Part shown: positions 40,124-47,893 of the stretch, piece by piece | Position numbering within the stretch: position 1 is the stretch's first letter | How the letters are laid out: each line of letters opens with the position of its first letter | From: a virus | Taxonomy: Duplodnaviria > Caudoviricetes | IMG/VR virus record: IMGVR_UViG_3300014205_000177 | Span: 113,805-177,804 of that record | Length of the DNA stretch: 64,000 bases | Direction: 5' to 3' (one strand) | The notes under the pieces: model-generated | What the model was told of the DNA's origin: nothing | What the model saw: only the letters and a program-made list of their open reading frames with translations | Database searches by the model: none | Position numbers and translations under genes: made by a program

Positions 40124-41102
40124 ATGAAAGCCATTGAAATAGATTGGAAATTAGTTCAGGAATACCATAATAATGAGCACTGCTTGAGTGATGTCATGAA
40201 AAATTTTAAGGTTTCAAGAGCATCCATAGATACAGCGGTAAAACATGGATGCTTTGTTAAAAAATATTTTAAACAAGAACACACTGAGGAAACAAAGAAG
40301 GCAATATCTGAAAAAAGGAAAAAATGGTTGGCAGACAATCCAGATAAACATGTATGGAAAAGGAAGGGAAAATTCAAATCTGAACCATGCGAAGTATTAA
40401 AGAAAAAAACTTGAAGAAAATGGAGTTAGTTTTTATCCAGAATTTTCACCAATAGAAAGCCATTCATTCTCTTTAGATATAGCTTTTCCAAAAGATAAGT
40501 TTGGCATAGAAATAAATGGAAACCAGCACTATGAAAGAGACGGTAGACTAAAGGATTATTATCAGAAACGACATGATTTAATCGTTGCAGATGGTTGGGA
40601 ACTATTGGAAATACCTTGTGCTATGGTTTGGAACAAGGAGTTTATTGATGGTTTAATAGAATCACTTAAAACTAAGGTCTGCGGTTTTGAGTATAAAGAA
40701 CAAGTGGAAGAATATAATAAAAAGAAAAGAGAAAAGTATATTTGCCCGACTTGTGACAATAGAAAGAGCAAAAACTCGATGCTTTGTAGAAAGTGTTCTT
40801 TTAAGCCGAAAGTAAAAAAGCAAGTAGTCAGAATTTTTGTAAATAAAAACCATATGTGTCCGAATTGTAAAAACGCTAAAGATGCAAAAGCGGTTTTATG
40901 TAAGGAATGCTTTAGTTTGTCAAAGAGGAAAGTTGAAAGACCAAATAAGGAAGAGTTGGAAAAATTGGTCAAAGAGTTATCGATGACTAAGATAGGCAAG
41001 ATGTTCGGAGTTAGCGACAATGCCGTAAAAAAATGGTGTAAAATTTATGAAATAGAATTAGGAGACAGACGAGGGTACTGGGCAAAGATTTATGCAAGGT
41101 GA
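40124..41102 (+). pseudogene. Frameshifted Vsr/DUF559-like homing endonuclease (NUMOD3-like, nuclease, Zn fingers, HTH)
   Basis: Removing one A from the A7 run at 40403-40409 joins both ORFs through LDIAFP...IEINGNQH...GWELL. Confidence 0.75.
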
Positions 41103-41110
41103 TTTAACAT

Positions 41111-41185
41111 GGTCTCATAGCTTAACGGATAAAGTTCGTGTCTTCTAAACACGCCATTCGGGTTCAATTCCCGATGAGACCTCCA
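41111..41185 (+). tRNA. tRNA-Arg(UCU)
   Basis: Stem CGTGT/ACACG, loop CTTCTAA, CCA. Confidence 0.88.
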
Positions 41186-41206
41186 ATTTTAAAAAAGGAA
41201 TTTTTT

Positions 41207-41464
41207 ATGAAAAGAGCTAGACCTATTTACTCACTAGGGCAGTATTATAGAAACAGGGGCACTCATAAACGAGAAGAAGCAATAAGCGAAGACGAAGAAC
41301 ATAGTCCATTAACTAGAGCCAAGAGAGAATCAAATTTACCTGACTCTTGGGATACAAAAAAGATTTGCAGACCTAAGACATGGAAGAGGAGATGCAAGAA
41401 AGCAAAACAGTGGATGAAACATTTTATGACAGATTTAGAAAAGAAATTTATAAGAGGAGAATAA
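41207..41464 (+). CDS. Basic hypothetical protein
   Basis: ATG 41207 with AAGGA RBS; RAKR..LPDSWD...WK motif. Confidence 0.7.
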   Translation: MKRARPIYSLGQYYRNRGTHKREEAISEDEEHSPLTRAKRESNLPDSWDTKKICRPKTWKRRCKKAKQWMKHFMTDLEKKFIRGE

Positions 41465-41467
41465 ACG

Positions 41468-41572
41468 ATGAGTGGAAAAGGATGTAAGAGAAGACCTCAA
41501 CAGATAAGCGAAGAAAAAATGCAAAGCAATTGGGAAAAAGCATTTAACAAAGGAAATAAAAAGAAAAAATGA
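41468..41572 (+). CDS. Small phage protein (MSGKGCKRRP...NWEKAF)
   Basis: 34 aa; GAGGAG RBS; ATGA overlap with the next gene. Confidence 0.65.
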   Translation: MSGKGCKRRPQQISEEKMQSNWEKAFNKGNKKKK

Positions 41573-42156
41573 GTGAAGTATTGGTTTTAAACAAGCTATG
41601 GCAACCAGTTAAAGTTATTAACGTATGGGATGCAATTTGCAAAGTATATCAAGATAAAGCTTCTTTTTTAGATGCTAATTATGTTATGCATAATTGGGAA
41701 TCTTGGGTTATATCATGGAAAGATGCAGAAATTCATGCAAAAGATATGATACATGGTTCATCTTGTTCTATTAGAAAACCAACTGTAATTGTTTTAAAAA
41801 ACTACAGTGGGTATGTTTTTAAAAAACCAAAGATGAGTAGGCGTAACATTTACTTAAGGGATGCAAACCAGTGCCAATATTGTGGTATAACATACGAAAC
41901 AAAGAAACTAAATATAGACCATATTATACCTAAATCTCATGGGGGAAGAACTCAATGGACTAATGTAGTAGTTTCATGTATAAAATGTAATAGTTTTAAA
42001 GCAGATAGAACTCCTGAACAGGCAGGAATGAAACTTTTAAGAAAGCCAAAAGCTCCTACCTGGAAAGATGTTAACATGGAAGCTTTTCAAAGAAATTATT
42101 CTAATTGGCACGGTCTGTTAAATGACATGTACTGGAATGTTACTTTAGAAAAATAG
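41569..42156 (+). CDS. HNH endonuclease (McrA-like)
   Basis: VLVLN...RD..CQYCG...DHIIPKSHGG...N...C..CN..K. Confidence 0.9.
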   Translation: MSEVLVLNKLWQPVKVINVWDAICKVYQDKASFLDANYVMHNWESWVISWKDAEIHAKDMIHGSSCSIRKPTVIVLKNYSGYVFKKPKMSRRNIYLRDANQCQYCGITYETKKLNIDHIIPKSHGGRTQWTNVVVSCIKCNSFKADRTPEQAGMKLLRKPKAPTWKDVNMEAFQRNYSNWHGLLNDMYWNVTLEK

Positions 42157-42235
42157 AATTATAAGATTGACAAATAAAAAAAAGATGCTATACTTAATAA
42201 GTGTAGCATTTTTTATATATAAATAAGGAGATAAA

Positions 42236-42622
42236 ATGAGTGAAAAAATTGTAATGGGTAAAATGTTTTCTATTGAAAATAAAAACAAAAAAACCGGTGA
42301 AAATGAAAAATACATAGCCGTTTATGTAGAAGACGAAAGCGGAAATGAAGAAACCGAAAGGTGCTTACTATTTACGGAAATAGAGCTTTCCGACATGGAA
42401 AAAGTTGTACTTCCATTTGTTAAGAATACAATGAAAAAAGGAAGAATTTATTCTGTTATTATAGACAAAAAAGAAACAAATCTTTTAAAAGTAGAAACAG
42501 AACGTAATGGAAATATTATTTTTAGGGTTTCTAATTCTCAACTTAAATCGGCAGAAGAAAGGGTTAAAAGAAATCCAGAAGATGTTGAAAAGAAAGATTT
42601 TATAACTGATTTACTTGACTAA
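42236..42622 (+). CDS. Hypothetical protein
   Basis: 128 aa; AAGGAG RBS; promoter upstream. Confidence 0.75.
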   Translation: MSEKIVMGKMFSIENKNKKTGENEKYIAVYVEDESGNEETERCLLFTEIELSDMEKVVLPFVKNTMKKGRIYSVIIDKKETNLLKVETERNGNIIFRVSNSQLKSAEERVKRNPEDVEKKDFITDLLD

Positions 42623-42631
42623 CAAGGAAAT

Positions 42632-42865
42632 ATGATGAAATTAAAAATAAAATGTCCAGAATGTAAAAGGGAACATCTTGTCACTATATCAAATGAACAA
42701 CCTATTATGGAAATTAAAAAGATAAAATGTTTATCTTGTAGTATAATTATAAAATATAGAATAGGAATAAAAAAAGAAAATACCAGTGATAGTTCTTCTA
42801 AACTTTTTGATAGTATGGGAATGTTTGGAGATGTTTTTAAAAATATTATGGGGAGTAAAAGATGA
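42632..42865 (+). CDS. Zn-ribbon protein
   Basis: CPEC...CLSC. Confidence 0.65.
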   Translation: MMKLKIKCPECKREHLVTISNEQPIMEIKKIKCLSCSIIIKYRIGIKKENTSDSSSKLFDSMGMFGDVFKNIMGSKR

Positions 42866-43188
42866 TAGGTACAATAGAAGTGGTAAATAAATATACATAT
42901 GAAGGTGATTATATAGATATAATGAGAGGAACTCCACTTGGTAATCCATATATAGTTTCTGATTCAATGAGCAGAGAACAATCAGTTTTAAATTTTTATA
43001 AATATTTCAGAAAAGAATTTTTTAAAAAAACAGATGTATATAATGCAATAATGGAGATAGTTGAAAAGGTTAAGTCTGGAGAAAATGTAAAAATTAAATG
43101 TTGTTGTAAACCAAAATTATGCCATGGCGATATTATAAAAATTGCAATAGAAAGTATTTTAGAAAAACAAATTAGAAATAATACTTGA
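42862..43188 (+). CDS. DUF4326-like protein
   Basis: IMRGTPLGNPY...CCCKPKLCHGDII. Confidence 0.8.
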   Translation: MIGTIEVVNKYTYEGDYIDIMRGTPLGNPYIVSDSMSREQSVLNFYKYFRKEFFKKTDVYNAIMEIVEKVKSGENVKIKCCCKPKLCHGDIIKIAIESILEKQIRNNT

Positions 43189-43343
43189 TTTTTAAAAATA
43201 TTATGCTATAGTTAATATTATAAAATTTCTTATTATGAGAAATTAAAAAAAAGAGGTAAAAAATGATGTAGAATAATAAATCTCCATAACGTGTTTCTTT
43301 GTTTTAATGATTTTAATAATAATAATAAACAAAGGAGAGTATA
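43185..43343 (+). promoter_or_regulatory. Promoter, amber-interrupted leader and RBS-sequestering hairpin
   Basis: TTGATT-N16-TATAGT; GAGGT RBS; ATG ATG TAG AAT AAT AAA TCT CCA TAA at 43263-43289; 43294-43304 pairs with 43327-43337. Confidence 0.65.
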
Positions 43344-43718
43344 ATGAATACTTTAAGAAACACGAACGAAGAAGTAATAGATTTGAAGAAAGAGGAATAT
43401 AAGAAGAATATTAAAAGGATGAAGGCTAACGTTAAACTGGTGTCAAATAACATAAAAGAAATGAAAGAAGAATTAAAGACTAAGCAAAAAAAAGGTGATT
43501 ATAAAAGTTGGTCTTTAATGAGTGATTTAAATTCTTATAAAAATGATGTCAGAAATACACATATAGCTTATGCTATGGCAAAAGGGAGAGTCTACCAAAA
43601 AATTGAGTCAAAAGTTAGAGATAACAATGAACCAAACTGGTGGGCAATAAAGGCAAATATAGAAAATTTCTTCGGAAAGAAATTTGAAATTGTTGACTTC
43701 AAGGTAAACTTTCTATGA
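43344..43718 (+). CDS. Hypothetical protein upstream of Pth2-like gene
   Basis: 124 aa; RNTHIAYAMAKGRVYQKIE motif. Confidence 0.75.
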   Translation: MNTLRNTNEEVIDLKKEEYKKNIKRMKANVKLVSNNIKEMKEELKTKQKKGDYKSWSLMSDLNSYKNDVRNTHIAYAMAKGRVYQKIESKVRDNNEPNWWAIKANIENFFGKKFEIVDFKVNFL

Positions 43719-44017
43719 AAAAGGTATTTATAATAACCAGGAAAGACCTTGAAAATGGAGCAAGAATAGTTCAGTCTGTTCATTCATTCCATGAGTTGGC
43801 AAGAAAAAATGAAGAAATATTGAATCAGGTATATAATACAATATGTTACAAAATAGAAGACGAACTATCATTAAAAGAAGTTTCTGAGAGGATAGCAAGT
43901 AATCTAAACGAAAAAGAATATGCATGGTTCAGAGAAACAGATTACAATAATCAATTGACCTCTTTTGCAGTCTTTACAAACAAGAAAGAGCTGTTTAAAG
44001 GTTTAAGATTGGCGTAA
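43715..44017 (+). CDS. Peptidyl-tRNA hydrolase 2-like protein
   Basis: IITRKDL..GARIVQSVH...FRETDYNNQLTSFA...LF..LRL pattern. Confidence 0.7.
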   Translation: MKKVFIITRKDLENGARIVQSVHSFHELARKNEEILNQVYNTICYKIEDELSLKEVSERIASNLNEKEYAWFRETDYNNQLTSFAVFTNKKELFKGLRLA

Positions 44018-44021
44018 TAAA

Positions 44022-44051
44022 TAGGGAGGAGTAAATCCTCCCATTATTTTA
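44022..44051 (+). terminator. Intrinsic terminator
   Basis: GGGAGGA/TCCTCCC stem with T-rich tail. Confidence 0.65.
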
Positions 44052-44067
44052 TAAAAAATGGAGAAAA

Positions 44068-44538
44068 ATGAGCAATAAAGAAAATTATTTTTTAGACCTA
44101 GCACTTAGAAGTGCTCATCAAGGTTCCTGTACAAGAAGAAACTACGGAGCAATTATAGTAAACGAGAAAAAGCATATAGTAGCAACTGGTTATACAGGAA
44201 ATGTATCAGGAGAAGAGCACTGTAATAGTCTTGGAATTTGCTGGAGAAAAGAGAATAATATTCCAAGTGGAACCTCCTACGAACGCTGTAAATCAATACA
44301 TGCCGAACAGAATGCGTTAATTCAAGCCGGTAAAGAATCTTATGGTTCTGTAATATATATTGCCGGATATGATGTAGAAACAGGAAGGGAAATAGCTGGT
44401 ATACCTTGCTTTATTTGTGCAAAACTAATTGTTAATGCTGGAATATCTTCTATTATATATAGAGATACATCTTTAGTGTTCAGGAAGGGTCCAGTTGCCC
44501 ATTATCGTGAACTAGAAAGAAAAATATTTGGAAAATAA
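44068..44538 (+). CDS. dCMP deaminase (ComEB-like)
   Basis: HAEQNA and PCFIC zinc motifs. Confidence 0.88.
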   Translation: MSNKENYFLDLALRSAHQGSCTRRNYGAIIVNEKKHIVATGYTGNVSGEEHCNSLGICWRKENNIPSGTSYERCKSIHAEQNALIQAGKESYGSVIYIAGYDVETGREIAGIPCFICAKLIVNAGISSIIYRDTSLVFRKGPVAHYRELERKIFGK

Positions 44539-44550
44539 TAGTTTATGGTG

Positions 44551-44578
44551 TTGTTTTTTTATAAAGTAATGCTATAAT
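44551..44578 (+). promoter_or_regulatory. Promoter of tRNA array 2
   Basis: TTGTTT-N16-TATAAT with TGC. Confidence 0.75.
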
Positions 44579-44718
44579 ATAATCAACAGCCACCGATATA
44601 GAAATATACGGTAATGTATAGCTCATCTGCCAGGTGTAGAGTGAGTTTCCGAGAATGACGATGACAAAATTCAAAGTTGTTCTCCGTTTTTAAAAAAAAA
44701 TAAAAGGAATTATATTAA

Positions 44719-44790
44719 ATGATGAACGTTTTTAAAAAGATTAGTTTTGGTCGTTGGGGTTTTAAACCTCACGTCCGTCTATTCTTGTAA
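44719..44790 (+). CDS. Attenuator leader peptide 2 (MMNVFKKISFGRWGFKPHVRLFL)
   Basis: AAGGA RBS; codons match all 8 array 2 tRNAs. Confidence 0.82.
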   Translation: MMNVFKKISFGRWGFKPHVRLFL

Positions 44791-44816
44791 CGTTTATCGT
44801 TAGTTGTTGGAGAAGT

Positions 44817-44850
44817 AGGCGGACTAGAAATAGTTCGCCTTTTTGTTTTT
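44817..44850 (+). terminator. Attenuator terminator 2
   Basis: AGGCGGACTA-GAAA-TAGTTCGCCT plus TTTTGTTTTT; alternative pairing with 44773-44785. Confidence 0.85.
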
Positions 44851-44852
44851 AT

Positions 44853-44928
44853 GGGTTGATAGCAAACGTGGTCAATGCATACCGTTGAAGCCGGTACTAC
44901 TTCGGTTCAATTCCGAATCAACCCACCA
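44853..44928 (+). tRNA. tRNA-Phe(GAA)
   Basis: Loop TTGAAGC, CCA. Confidence 0.88.
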
Positions 44929-44938
44929 GTTTATGTGA

Positions 44939-45029
44939 GCAAGGTTGTCTTAGCGGCTTGAGAAACCGACTTTTAATCGGTCAGAGGGTAATGCCTCGTA
45001 GGTGGGTTCGACTCCCACACCTTGCACCA
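44939..45029 (+). tRNA. tRNA-Lys(UUU) with long variable arm
   Basis: Stem ACCGA/TCGGT, loop CTTTTAA, V-arm GAGG/CCTC, CCA. Confidence 0.82.
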
Positions 45030-45040
45030 TTTTATAGTAT

Positions 45041-45125
45041 GCGTCGATGTCATAGCGGTTGTGAGGCTGACTCTTAATCAGTGAGAGAAATCTCTAGGTG
45101 GGTTCAACTCCCACTCGGCGCACCA
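45041..45125 (+). tRNA. tRNA-Lys(CUU) with long variable arm
   Basis: Loop CTCTTAA, V-arm GAGA-GAAA-TCTC, CCA. Confidence 0.82.
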
Positions 45126-45137
45126 AGTTTTTTGTGT

Positions 45138-45211
45138 ATGTCTATAGTTCAATAGTAGAACGGGAGTCTCCAAAACTCTTGACGAGGGGGCAGTACCTTC
45201 TAGACATGCCA
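45138..45211 (+). tRNA. tRNA-Trp(CCA)
   Basis: Loop CTCCAAA, G73, CCA. Confidence 0.88.
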
Positions 45212-45220
45212 GTTTTATAT

Positions 45221-45296
45221 GCGCTGTTAGCTCAGTTGGAAGAGCCCAAAAATACGAATTTTGAGGTCGGGGATTCGAATTCTCCACGGCGCACCA
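45221..45296 (+). tRNA. tRNA-Arg(ACG)
   Basis: Stem CAAAA/TTTTG, loop ATACGAA, CCA. Confidence 0.88.
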
Positions 45297-45303
45297 TTTT
45301 CAT

Positions 45304-45379
45304 TGGCGTATCATATAACGGTCAATTATGTGAGACTGATATTCTCATCACCAAGGTTCAACTCCTTGTACGCCAACCA
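45304..45379 (+). tRNA. tRNA-Ile(GAU)
   Basis: Loop CTGATAT, CCA. Confidence 0.87.
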
Positions 45380-45388
45380 GTTATACAT

Positions 45389-45464
45389 ATTCGGTTAGTT
45401 TAGCGGCTAGAACAATACGTTGACATCGTATAAATCATGGGTTCGATTCCCATACCGAATACCA
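45389..45464 (+). tRNA. tRNA-Val(GAC)
   Basis: Loop TTGACAT, CCA. Confidence 0.88.
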
Positions 45465-45472
45465 GTTTTCAT

Positions 45473-45546
45473 GCGAATATAGTACAGTAGCAGTATTTGA
45501 CGTTGCCAACGTTAGGACGAGGGTGCAATTCCCTCTATTCGCACCA
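45473..45546 (+). tRNA. tRNA-Gly(GCC)
   Basis: Loop TTGCCAA, CCA. Confidence 0.85.
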
Positions 45547-45610
45547 TTTTTTGCAACGAAAAATATAATCTTTATGTTGCAAAACCAAGATATTGTGCTA
45601 TACTATCAAT

Positions 45611-45734
45611 GGCGGTTTAGAGAAAGGTTCATCGCCCTCTAACAAGGGAGGGATTGCAGTAGATTCACCGTGGAAGAAAAGTACATCAGTGAAGGAACCA
45701 ATCCAATGTTTTTTCGATAAAACAATCGCCACCA
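45611..45734 (+). ncRNA. Structured RNA with tRNA-like ends
   Basis: GGCGGTT/AATCGCC-A-CCA; T-arm-like GTTTT-TTCGAT-AAAAC; promoter just upstream. Confidence 0.55.
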
Positions 45735-45792
45735 TTTGACATTTATAAAAATCATGCTATTGTACCTCAACAAACTAAAAAGGAGATATGCA

Positions 45793-46191
45793 ATGTGTAT
45801 CAAAATCAAGGCGATGGAAAATGGAGTAATGATTCAAAGCAGAGAAGAATATGAAGATATAATGGATATTCTATTGGATGCAGGTCTTCGGACAGTGAGT
45901 GGAAAATATTTTGGAGAATGTGACTGGTTTAATGAAACCGGAACCGAAACAGTTATAGATTTGAGAAATCTGGAGTCTATTGCATATGGTGAATATCAGT
46001 ATTTTATTGATAATGATATCCCGGTTTGTAATTTCCAGGATTTTCTTACAGAACAGGGTTTAACACCAAACGGATGCATTAGCGGTGAACAACAGATATT
46101 TATGCGTAGGGCAAAGTTGAAATGTCCAAAAATGAAAAAGAAAGAAATCAGAAGACTTGCAAAGGCAATCGTGAGGGAGATGAACAAATGA
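45793..46191 (+). CDS. Hypothetical protein
   Basis: AGGAG RBS; promoter upstream. Confidence 0.7.
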   Translation: MCIKIKAMENGVMIQSREEYEDIMDILLDAGLRTVSGKYFGECDWFNETGTETVIDLRNLESIAYGEYQYFIDNDIPVCNFQDFLTEQGLTPNGCISGEQQIFMRRAKLKCPKMKKKEIRRLAKAIVREMNK

Positions 46192-46769
46192 AAGCAAGAA
46201 CTAAAAAAGAAGTAGTGCAAATAGGATTATTAGTTGATGAGAGTGGTTCTATGTATAGCCTCTCTGGTGATACAATCGGTACGGTTAATGGTTTCATTAA
46301 AGACCAGAAAAAAGTAAAAGGAGAAGCAGAAATAACAATAGCTTCATTTAATGATAACTATAAACTCATTAAAGATAGAGAAGATATCAAAAATATTGAA
46401 GAAATTACCAGCGAAGATTATTCTCCATCTGGAATGACGGCATTATATGATTCTATTATGAAAATAATTTCTTCCATAGAAGAGACAAAAGCTAAAAAAG
46501 CGATAATCGCTATTATTACAGATGGAATGGAAAACTCAAGTATTGAATATAAAGATTCAAGTGTAATTAAAGAAAAAATACAGCAGAAACAAAAAGACGG
46601 GTGGCAGATATTATTTCTAGCTGCAAATATTGACGAAAAGGCAGTGGGTGCAAGTTTCGGAATAAATGCAATGTACACTCAGGCGTTTACTCCTACAGCA
46701 GATGGCGTAATAGGTGCTATGTCATATACATCGAGATGCGTTAGTGATTACAGGGGCAATAATGATTAA
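46188..46769 (+). CDS. vWA-domain protein
   Basis: MIDAS DESGSM, GMTALYD, ITDGMENSS. Confidence 0.88.
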   Translation: MKARTKKEVVQIGLLVDESGSMYSLSGDTIGTVNGFIKDQKKVKGEAEITIASFNDNYKLIKDREDIKNIEEITSEDYSPSGMTALYDSIMKIISSIEETKAKKAIIAIITDGMENSSIEYKDSSVIKEKIQQKQKDGWQILFLAANIDEKAVGASFGINAMYTQAFTPTADGVIGAMSYTSRCVSDYRGNND

Positions 46770-46865
46770 AATAGGGATAACACAGAGAGAGGTGATGCGG
46801 CTTTAGATTTAAAATGGTTGTGTTTATTGGAAATAAATAAAAATCAAAAAAAGTTTTAAAACTAT

Positions 46866-46893
46866 TTGTTTTTATCGAAAGTAATGCTATAAT
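46866..46893 (+). promoter_or_regulatory. Promoter of tRNA array 3
   Basis: TTGTTT-N16-TATAAT with TGC. Confidence 0.75.
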
Positions 46894-46932
46894 ATAGATG
46901 TGTAAGATAAATAAATTAAAAAGGAAATCATC

Positions 46933-47007
46933 ATGAACAAGTTGTTATCAAGTCATTCACTATCGCTCTCATCCTATATAGGATGCGAGATAGGTCTGCT
47001 TTGGTAA
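46933..47007 (+). CDS. Attenuator leader peptide 3 (MNKLLSSHSLSLSSYIGCEIGLLW)
   Basis: AAGGA RBS; Ser/Leu-rich codons match array 3 tRNAs. Confidence 0.82.
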   Translation: MNKLLSSHSLSLSSYIGCEIGLLW

Positions 47008-47034
47008 TACTTTTTAGATATTCCCAGTTTTTAA

Positions 47035-47071
47035 AAAGAGCAGACCGTAAAAAGTCTGCTCTTTGTTTTTG
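47035..47071 (+). terminator. Attenuator terminator 3
   Basis: AAAGAGCAGAC/GTCTGCTCTTT plus GTTTTT; alternative pairing with 46993-47002. Confidence 0.85.
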
Positions 47072-47080
47072 TTGTGATAT

Positions 47081-47155
47081 GCTCCAGTAACATAATGGCT
47101 AGTGTAGGTGACTTCCACTCACCCAATGAGAGTTCGATTCTCTCCTGGAGTACCA
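47081..47155 (+). tRNA. tRNA-Gly(UCC)
   Basis: Loop CTTCCAC, CCA. Confidence 0.88.
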
Positions 47156-47163
47156 GTTTATAT

Positions 47164-47261
47164 GGAAGAATAAGCCGAAAGATTCTGGGTAGCGGCAACG
47201 GTCTTGAAAACCGAAGGCTCTAAAACAGGGCGTGTGGGTTCGAATCCTACTTCTTCCGCCA
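47164..47261 (+). tRNA. tRNA-Ser(UGA)
   Basis: Loop CTTGAAA, long V-arm, G73. Confidence 0.88.
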
Positions 47262-47303
47262 GTTTAGACTAGAAATAGTTGATGTTGTTTGAAAATTATA
47301 TAT

Positions 47304-47376
47304 GTCCCGTGAGCCAGATGGAGAGGCGATTGTCTGCAAAACAATGGAAACAGTTCGATTCTGTAACGGGACTCCA
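47304..47376 (+). tRNA. tRNA-Cys(GCA)
   Basis: Loop CTGCAAA, U73, CCA. Confidence 0.87.
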
Positions 47377-47384
47377 GTTTATAA

Positions 47385-47476
47385 GGAGATGTAATCCTAA
47401 AGGCAAGGAAAGAGTTTGCTAAACTCTTAGTAACCGAGAAATCGGCGTGGGTTTTCAAGACACCCCATCTCCGCCA
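47385..47476 (+). tRNA. tRNA-Ser(GCU)
   Basis: Loop TTGCTAA, long V-arm, G73. Confidence 0.82.
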
Positions 47477-47550
47477 GTTTTAAGTAGACAACTCACTATG
47501 TCATAAAAGTACCAAGAGGGCGACATAGTAATCAGAATAGAATATTATTT

Positions 47551-47626
47551 CCGCAGGTAGCTCAGGGGTCAGAGCTCTATTCTTATAAAGTAGCTGTCAG
47601 TGGTTCAATTCCACTCCTGCGGACCA
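47551..47626 (+). tRNA. tRNA-Ile(UAU)
   Basis: Stem CTATT/AGTAG, loop CTTATAA, CCA. Confidence 0.85.
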
Positions 47627-47637
47627 TTTTAAAATAA

Positions 47638-47725
47638 GGGTGTTGTCCCCCACGGAAGTCTGTAAAACTTTTGACATATGTAAGTGGGGTGGCGTCAAGT
47701 GGTTCAATTCCACCAATACCCACCA
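47638..47725 (+). tRNA. tRNA-Tyr(GUA), non-canonical fold
   Basis: Loop CTGTAAA; 8-bp acceptor, 4-bp T stem; no normal D-arm. Confidence 0.65.
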
Positions 47726-47752
47726 TTTTTAGGCGACTTAGCGGTCGTCTTT

Positions 47753-47883
47753 GAGCGCACAACGCCTAGTAATCTAAGTGGCATCCAAAGTTGCTCTTGG
47801 TGCTTAGAGGGCTTGTATTTCGAGTGTGGTTTGCAACAGCCCACATGAGAAGCATATAGGTATTGCCGGAAGATTGTGTGCTC
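47753..47883 (+). ncRNA. Unidentified structured RNA
   Basis: Closing stem GAGCGCACAA/TTGTGTGCTC enclosing two hairpins. Confidence 0.5.
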
Positions 47884-47893
47884 TAAATTTTAT

